A stretch of DNA of 64,000 bases, from NCBI GenBank assembly GCA_965140415.1, contig OZ223209.1, forward strand, positions 1,664,001 through 1,728,000, written 5' to 3'. The first letter of the stretch is position 1; every line of letters starts with the position of its first letter. A program made the position numbers and the translations under genes. Below are positions 59,404-64,000 of the stretch, one piece after another. The notes under the pieces are model-generated. The model did no database searches and was not told the origin of the DNA. It worked only from the letters and a program-made list of their open reading frames with translations. This DNA is from Myxococcota bacterium. GTDB taxonomy: Bacteria; Myxococcota_A; SURF-8.

Positions 59404-59472
59404 CGGCGCTCTTTTTCTCGCTGGCCTCATTTTACGAGTGGAATCATAAACAAGAAAGCAGGTATCGGTGCC

Positions 59473-61761
59473 TCAATGGGATGATTTCCCATTGGCCACA
59501 GCCATGCGGTACCAGTTGCTGTCCCGCGTCAGGTTCTGTTGTCTGAATTCGCCGATAAGCATCTGCATTTGTGCGGCTTTTTCCGGTAGCAAATCGAAGA
59601 GATTCTGCTTTTCCTTCGGATCGTTTTGCAAATCGTACAATTCGAAGAGTTGTTCGTCGGCGCGGTGAATGAGCTTCCAGTGTCCCTGGCGAATTCCCTG
59701 CATCGACCATGGAAAGGTCGGGGCGCGCAGTTTTTCGAAATACACCGGCGGATGAGAAATTTCGTTCGGATGTTCGGCCAGTGCCAGCGCCATCAGAGAG
59801 GTTCCCTGTACCGCATGCTTTTTGGGATTGACACCGATCAGGTCGTACATCGTGGGAACCAGATCCACCAGGGAAACGGGCGTATCCACCCGATGAGCCG
59901 ATAGGCGTGGACTGTGGATGATCAAGGGAACGTGAACGCTTTCTTGATAGAGCTGGCTTCCATGATAACGGCGTCCATGGTCCAGGAATTCCTCGCCGTG
60001 ATCGGCGGTGAGGATAATCACGCTGTTTTCGTACCATTCGGTCGTTTTGAAGTAGGTCAACAGGCGGTTCACTTCACGACTGGTGAAGCGCAGTTCCGCG
60101 TCATACAGATCCATCTGTTTCTGCCCGAATGGATTGTCTGGGTCGGAAACATAGAGGAAATGCGGGTCGAAGTAGTGCACCCACATAAATAGCGGTTGGC
60201 GGCTACCGCGTAGGCTGTCCAGATGTTCGATGGCGTAATCCGTCAACAGATCGGAGGTGCGGACATTTTCCGCGTGACCGCGTTCTCTGAAAGCCCGCGT
60301 ATCCCACCAGTCGGCTCCACGTTGCAGATTGCGGTTTTTAAAGTACCAGTATGGAAAAATCCCGGCAACATGATAGCCCTTCTGCTTGAACACGTCGATT
60401 GCGGTTTCGGTCTGGTTCTGCACTTTCGGGAAGTTGTGATAGTGGCTCCAATGGATTTGAGAAGGATAGGTTCCCGAAATGAAGGACGGAATCGACTGTG
60501 GCGTGTTGGGTGCCTGTGCATGGGCCTGCGTAAACACCAGGCTTTGTTTGGCCCACTCTTCGATTTCAGGCATGGTGTCACGGGTGTAGCCCATCGATTT
60601 CAAATGATCGGCGCGCACCGCGTCGATGGAAATGAGCACGATGTTGTAGTCGCTCTTGATGCTGTCGATCCGTTGCGCCAGCAGTTGGTCCTGGATCTCG
60701 CTAATCAAGGGGGGCCGCTGCGAGGCATCACCACCCATGCAGTCGTCATCGATGCCGTTACGGGGAATTTCCGTTGCCATGGGATGAACGAGGGGGTTAT
60801 GATCGTCGCAATCTCCGCCGCGAAGCAAGGCCGAAAAGCCGTCGCCATCGCGGTCGCTGATGCGCTGCACCGCCAGAATCACGGGGCGCGTCAGAGGCGC
60901 TTGATTCCGTAGGATGCCAGCCACGCGAGGTTGCGAAGGATAGGCTAAGAATGTGATTGCCAGCATCAGTCCGACGAGCAGCAGCCACATTCCAGTAGAG
61001 ACGGCGTGTGTGCTGCTATCCAGCAATTCTCTGCCCATCGGATGGCTGAACAGACGATAAAGCACAACTTGGGTCAACAGAAACACACCCAGCAGCAACA
61101 ACGGAGTGACATCCAGCATGAGCCAAAGCGTCTGGTTGCTTGCGATCCAGGCGATCAGTCCGATAATGGCTGCCAGATTGAGCAGCAGCAGCTCAATGGC
61201 CACTACCCTGCGGGGAAACCAGCGTTCGAGCGGCGCGGAAGCGAGAAAGGTAAGCCGGCGCAGAGCGGCGTATACGACGATGGCGAAGGGCAACAGAAGC
61301 ACCATGACGAGCAGGTACAGAAGCGCTGCCAGGGTTTTGTTGTTGTAGGCGCTGCTGAAATGTAGCAGTATGACGAAGGCCGCGCCGAAGTAGCACAGGG
61401 CGGAGACGACCAGGCCGAGCAACTCGGCTGCGAATTGCCGATCCAGCTTCGGATCGTGTAGACTTCGTTTTCGTGCGCGCCGAAAATGTCCGAACGGATC
61501 CACGTGGGCGACCATCGTCTGCCAGCATACACCACCTACGAAGCCGTACAGGGTTACGAAACTCCATAGGAATGACATGGACACAAACAAATTCCATATC
61601 CACTCTCCAATGCTTCCAAAATAAGTGGGGGAGCGCAAAACAATCACGAGTTGTTCGCCCAGAATCAACAGCAGACTGGCCCAGATAGCCGAAACGGCAA
61701 AGCGTCGACCCGAACCGTTTGTGTCGTTAAGTTGATCCTGTTTATCTGTTTTACGCACCAT
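59473..61761 (-). CDS. Polytopic membrane protein with a MopE-like motif and a sulfatase/LTA-synthase-superfamily domain
   Basis: Multiple N-terminal TM segments; 'DRDGDGFS...DCDD....HP.A.EIP.NGIDDDC'; 'NIVLISIDAVRADH', 'WVHYFDPH', 'TADHGEEF..HG..YHG'; nucleophile position reads PNTPQS (Thr). Confidence 0.9.
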   Translation of the reverse strand: MVRKTDKQDQLNDTNGSGRRFAVSAIWASLLLILGEQLVIVLRSPTYFGSIGEWIWNLFVSMSFLWSFVTLYGFVGGVCWQTMVAHVDPFGHFRRARKRSLHDPKLDRQFAAELLGLVVSALCYFGAAFVILLHFSSAYNNKTLAALLYLLVMVLLLPFAIVVYAALRRLTFLASAPLERWFPRRVVAIELLLLNLAAIIGLIAWIASNQTLWLMLDVTPLLLLGVFLLTQVVLYRLFSHPMGRELLDSSTHAVSTGMWLLLVGLMLAITFLAYPSQPRVAGILRNQAPLTRPVILAVQRISDRDGDGFSALLRGGDCDDHNPLVHPMATEIPRNGIDDDCMGGDASQRPPLISEIQDQLLAQRIDSIKSDYNIVLISIDAVRADHLKSMGYTRDTMPEIEEWAKQSLVFTQAHAQAPNTPQSIPSFISGTYPSQIHWSHYHNFPKVQNQTETAIDVFKQKGYHVAGIFPYWYFKNRNLQRGADWWDTRAFRERGHAENVRTSDLLTDYAIEHLDSLRGSRQPLFMWVHYFDPHFLYVSDPDNPFGQKQMDLYDAELRFTSREVNRLLTYFKTTEWYENSVIILTADHGEEFLDHGRRYHGSQLYQESVHVPLIIHSPRLSAHRVDTPVSLVDLVPTMYDLIGVNPKKHAVQGTSLMALALAEHPNEISHPPVYFEKLRAPTFPWSMQGIRQGHWKLIHRADEQLFELYDLQNDPKEKQNLFDLLPEKAAQMQMLIGEFRQQNLTRDSNWYRMAVANGKSSH

Positions 61762-62115
61762 TAAACTCCCTAAAATTAGATTTAAATTATATTAAATTAA
61801 GCATAATTAATCAAACTTAAATTTCAAAAAAATGAGCGAATTCCAGCCGATCGCCTCAAGGACGCTTTTCTGCGGTTTGCCAAGCCTCTACCTGTCCTAT
61901 CTTGAATAATTTCAACAGTTTTCCGATTTTACCTTTCTATTGTCCGGTCTTCTCGACTGTTGTCAAGGGGTTAAGGTGGATGCGAGAGAACTTGGCTGCA
62001 TCAGCAAAGCGGAATACGAATCGCTCGTTCGCTCCCTATCTACAAAGTCAAGTGAAGAACATTGCCTTTGCTTACATGCTTTTGGTAGAGTGCCCTCTGT
62101 TTCAATGGATGAGCA

Positions 62116-62350
62116 CCCCTTGCCGCCCGCCGCCCGTTATACTGGCGAGCGACAACAGAAACTATGCCCGCCTCCCGCCCGGCTGGCACGATTTTTGACT
62201 TTCTGGCGCCGCATTTGCGATCCGAAACTGGAATGGACGAAGGCAAATGCTGTGCCAGCTGCAAAAATGCGTGCCAGCCGGGCGGGAGGCTCCGGTGCGG
62301 GATCGGGAGATGGCGTTGCCGGGTGGGGGAGGCGGCGGAGCGGCAAGGGG
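62116..62350. repeat. Nested inverted repeat containing sigma54-like boxes
   Basis: Outer arms 62116-62134 / 62331-62350; inner arms 62170-62218 / 62243-62290, including a perfect 21-bp pair GCCTCCCGCCCGGCTGGCACG / CGTGCCAGCCGGGCGGGAGGC. Confidence 0.85.
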
Positions 62351-62431
62351 AACACGTATATGTGTGCTTGTTGTGTGAATGTTCTATCCTTTTCGGGCAG
62401 GTGACGAGGTTGTCATGAAATATGAGGTGCG

Positions 62432-63778
62432 ATGGTGCTGTGGAATTTAGGTTTGCTATTACTGCTGGCAATGCTGATCGTCCATATGCTGGTAGGATGG
62501 AAGTTGGGGCGTGCAACGCATGATCTGCCGCGCTATGTCTTGACGGACGGCAAGGTGTCGGCTTTTGGCGTGGCGTCGTCGTTATTGGCGACGATATTGG
62601 GGGCCAGCGCCGTGATCGGCGTCTGTGGACTGGCCATGACGCATGGCTGGACGGCGCTCATCTGGCTAGGCGCCGGAGTGTTCGGATTACTGGCCTTGTC
62701 TTTTCTGATCGACAGAGTCGATTTGAAGTCCGCTTTGTCGCTTCCACAGGTATTGGACAAGCAGGGAGGGCGCAGTATGCGCCTCATCAGCGCCTGGGTG
62801 ATCCTTCCTGCCTGGATCGGGATCATTGCCGCGCAGTTTGCCGCTTTTGGCCGCTTGACGGAGGCATTGCAGCCGGGATCGTTTTACATCATGACGGCGG
62901 TGATGGCGTTGGCTGTGATCGGCTATGTGGGATTTGCCGGGCAGCAGGGGGTGATTCGCACCGATCGCGTGCAGATCGGCATGATTCTACTACTGCTGCT
63001 TGCATTGGCTTTTACGTTGTTATGGTCGCCGCCTCAACCGTTGTTTCAACCCTCATTACAAAAACCGCTTCAACCGCTAAGTCCCGTGCGCTTGCTTGAT
63101 ATCGGTTTGGCAGTCGCCTTTCCCTTTCTGATAGGACCGGACATCTTTTCGAGAATGCTGACCCTGCGCTCGGCAAGGCAACGCGGACAGAGCCTGCGTT
63201 ATACCGCCTTGGGACTGGCAATATCGGCCTGTCTGATTGTCGGAATAGGTGTGGCTGCCAGAGAGTGGATCTCAGCAGAAGAGGCGGAACAGGTGTTGAT
63301 TCACTTGCCGGAGTTGTTGTGGGGATCATGGGGCGGCATTGTGGCGGCTTTGGCTTTGGCGGCGGTGATTCTCAGCTCGGCGGATACCTGCCTGCTCAGT
63401 GCGGCAACGATCTTGACGGTGGATGTTTTTGGTAAGGAGTCGCTGCGGACAACACGCATCGGTGTCGTGTCGCTTGGAATCGCTTCCCTGTTTATTGCCT
63501 GGTGGCTGGGAGGCGTGATTAAAACGCTGTTACTGGCCTATACGATTTATACGTCCGGACTGGCTGTTCCGGCCATTGCTGCCTTGTTCCTGCATCGTCC
63601 CTTGCCGAAATACACGTTGATGCTGACGATTTCTGCCGGTGCGGCGACCGGGATTTACTTGCGGTTAACAGAGCAGCCTTTCGGTCTGCCACTGGCGCTT
63701 GGGGTGTCTACCCTTATTGCCGTGTTTGGAAGTTACCTGGAAAAGAAAAACGCCCCGGCCAGCGGCGCGGGGCGTTAG
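62432..63778 (+). CDS. Sodium:solute symporter (SSS) family transporter
   Basis: About 13 TM segments; 'SLLATILGASAVIG', 'GYVGFAGQQGVIRTDRVQ', 'AVILSSADTCLLSAATIL..D'; GAGGTG RBS. Confidence 0.9.
   Translation: MVLWNLGLLLLLAMLIVHMLVGWKLGRATHDLPRYVLTDGKVSAFGVASSLLATILGASAVIGVCGLAMTHGWTALIWLGAGVFGLLALSFLIDRVDLKSALSLPQVLDKQGGRSMRLISAWVILPAWIGIIAAQFAAFGRLTEALQPGSFYIMTAVMALAVIGYVGFAGQQGVIRTDRVQIGMILLLLLALAFTLLWSPPQPLFQPSLQKPLQPLSPVRLLDIGLAVAFPFLIGPDIFSRMLTLRSARQRGQSLRYTALGLAISACLIVGIGVAAREWISAEEAEQVLIHLPELLWGSWGGIVAALALAAVILSSADTCLLSAATILTVDVFGKESLRTTRIGVVSLGIASLFIAWWLGGVIKTLLLAYTIYTSGLAVPAIAALFLHRPLPKYTLMLTISAGAATGIYLRLTEQPFGLPLALGVSTLIAVFGSYLEKKNAPASGAGR
63741..63776 (-). terminator. Probable terminator for the convergent minus-strand gene
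   Basis: AACGCCCCG / CGGGGCGTT stem; AAAAGAAAAA on the + strand gives a U-tract after the hairpin on the - strand. Confidence 0.55.
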
Positions 63779-63803
63779 ATAGAGACTGTATGGGGGTAGG
63801 GCG

Positions 63804-63998
63804 TCAGGGTTGACAGGTATACATGTCGCCGGCTCCGATTTTACAGGTTGTTCCCGCACAGCAGAACATGTCTCCATAACTGGCCGCGCAACTGACTCCT
63901 TCGGGAATGCACTGAATCGGGCAGGTGGCGGTGGGAACGCATTGTGCTTGCAGCATATGGCAGATCATACAGGGATCGGCACAGGCGGTCAGCGGATC
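63804..63998 (-). CDS. 3' end of a Cys-rich protein entering from the window edge, ending in a knottin-like module
   Basis: My translation (absent from the ORF track): DPLTACADPCMICHMLQAQCVPTATCPIQCIPEGVSCAASYGDMFCCAGTTCKIGAGDMYTCQP-stop; 11 Cys in 64 aa; followed by a terminator-like hairpin. Confidence 0.7.
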   Translation of the reverse strand, partial: DPLTACADPCMICHMLQAQCVPTATCPIQCIPEGVSCAASYGDMFCCAGTTCKIGAGDMYTCQP

Positions 63999-64000
63999 GC

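Noticed and set aside
61762-61830. Very AT-rich tract as a replication origin or IHF site
   Set aside because: No DnaA boxes and no full WATCAA-N4-TTR match seen; most likely ordinary promoter or UP-element DNA.
61900-62431. Riboswitch (cobalamin/TPP) upstream of the SSS symporter
   Set aside because: I could not find a B12 box or TPP core motif by eye; an Infernal search would be needed to exclude it fully.
61902-62516. Short ORFs (61940-62404 +, 62164-62418 +, 62040-62516 -), some Cys-containing
   Set aside because: They run through the GC-rich inverted repeat, lack convincing RBS or motifs, and are better explained as by-products of the repeat.

Overview
A gene-dense, mostly core-genome segment of a bacterium. 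The gene content and order point to a Myxococcota/deltaproteobacterium-like lineage (inference). It holds: (i) a type IVa pilus operon (HTH-pilMNOPQ plus a Cys-rich lipoprotein) followed by a Myxococcus-like TPR-mglC-pepP-efp-sgmX-ExeA block; (ii) housekeeping genes dgt, UbiB/ABC1 kinase, clpB, tatA, gpmI, romR-valS-nadC, epmA-holB-PSP1(ricT)-metG-tatD and infA; (iii) several Cys/Asp-rich exported repeat proteins; (iv) an accessory-looking stretch at about 36.5-49.2 kb with a multi-PAS hybrid histidine kinase, a USP / beta-barrel / 13-heme cytochrome c / Ig-fold lipoprotein operon (candidate porin-cytochrome conduit), and two tandem paralogous AMMECR1-domain lipoproteins that look reciprocally degenerated. 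Non-coding signals are a 169-nt nested hairpin and a sigma32-type promoter before clpB, REP-like palindromes, and a ~235-bp nested inverted repeat carrying face-to-face sigma54-like boxes near 62.2 kb. I found no rRNA, tRNA, CRISPR array, transposase or integrase. All family calls come from motif recognition by eye; no database search was run.
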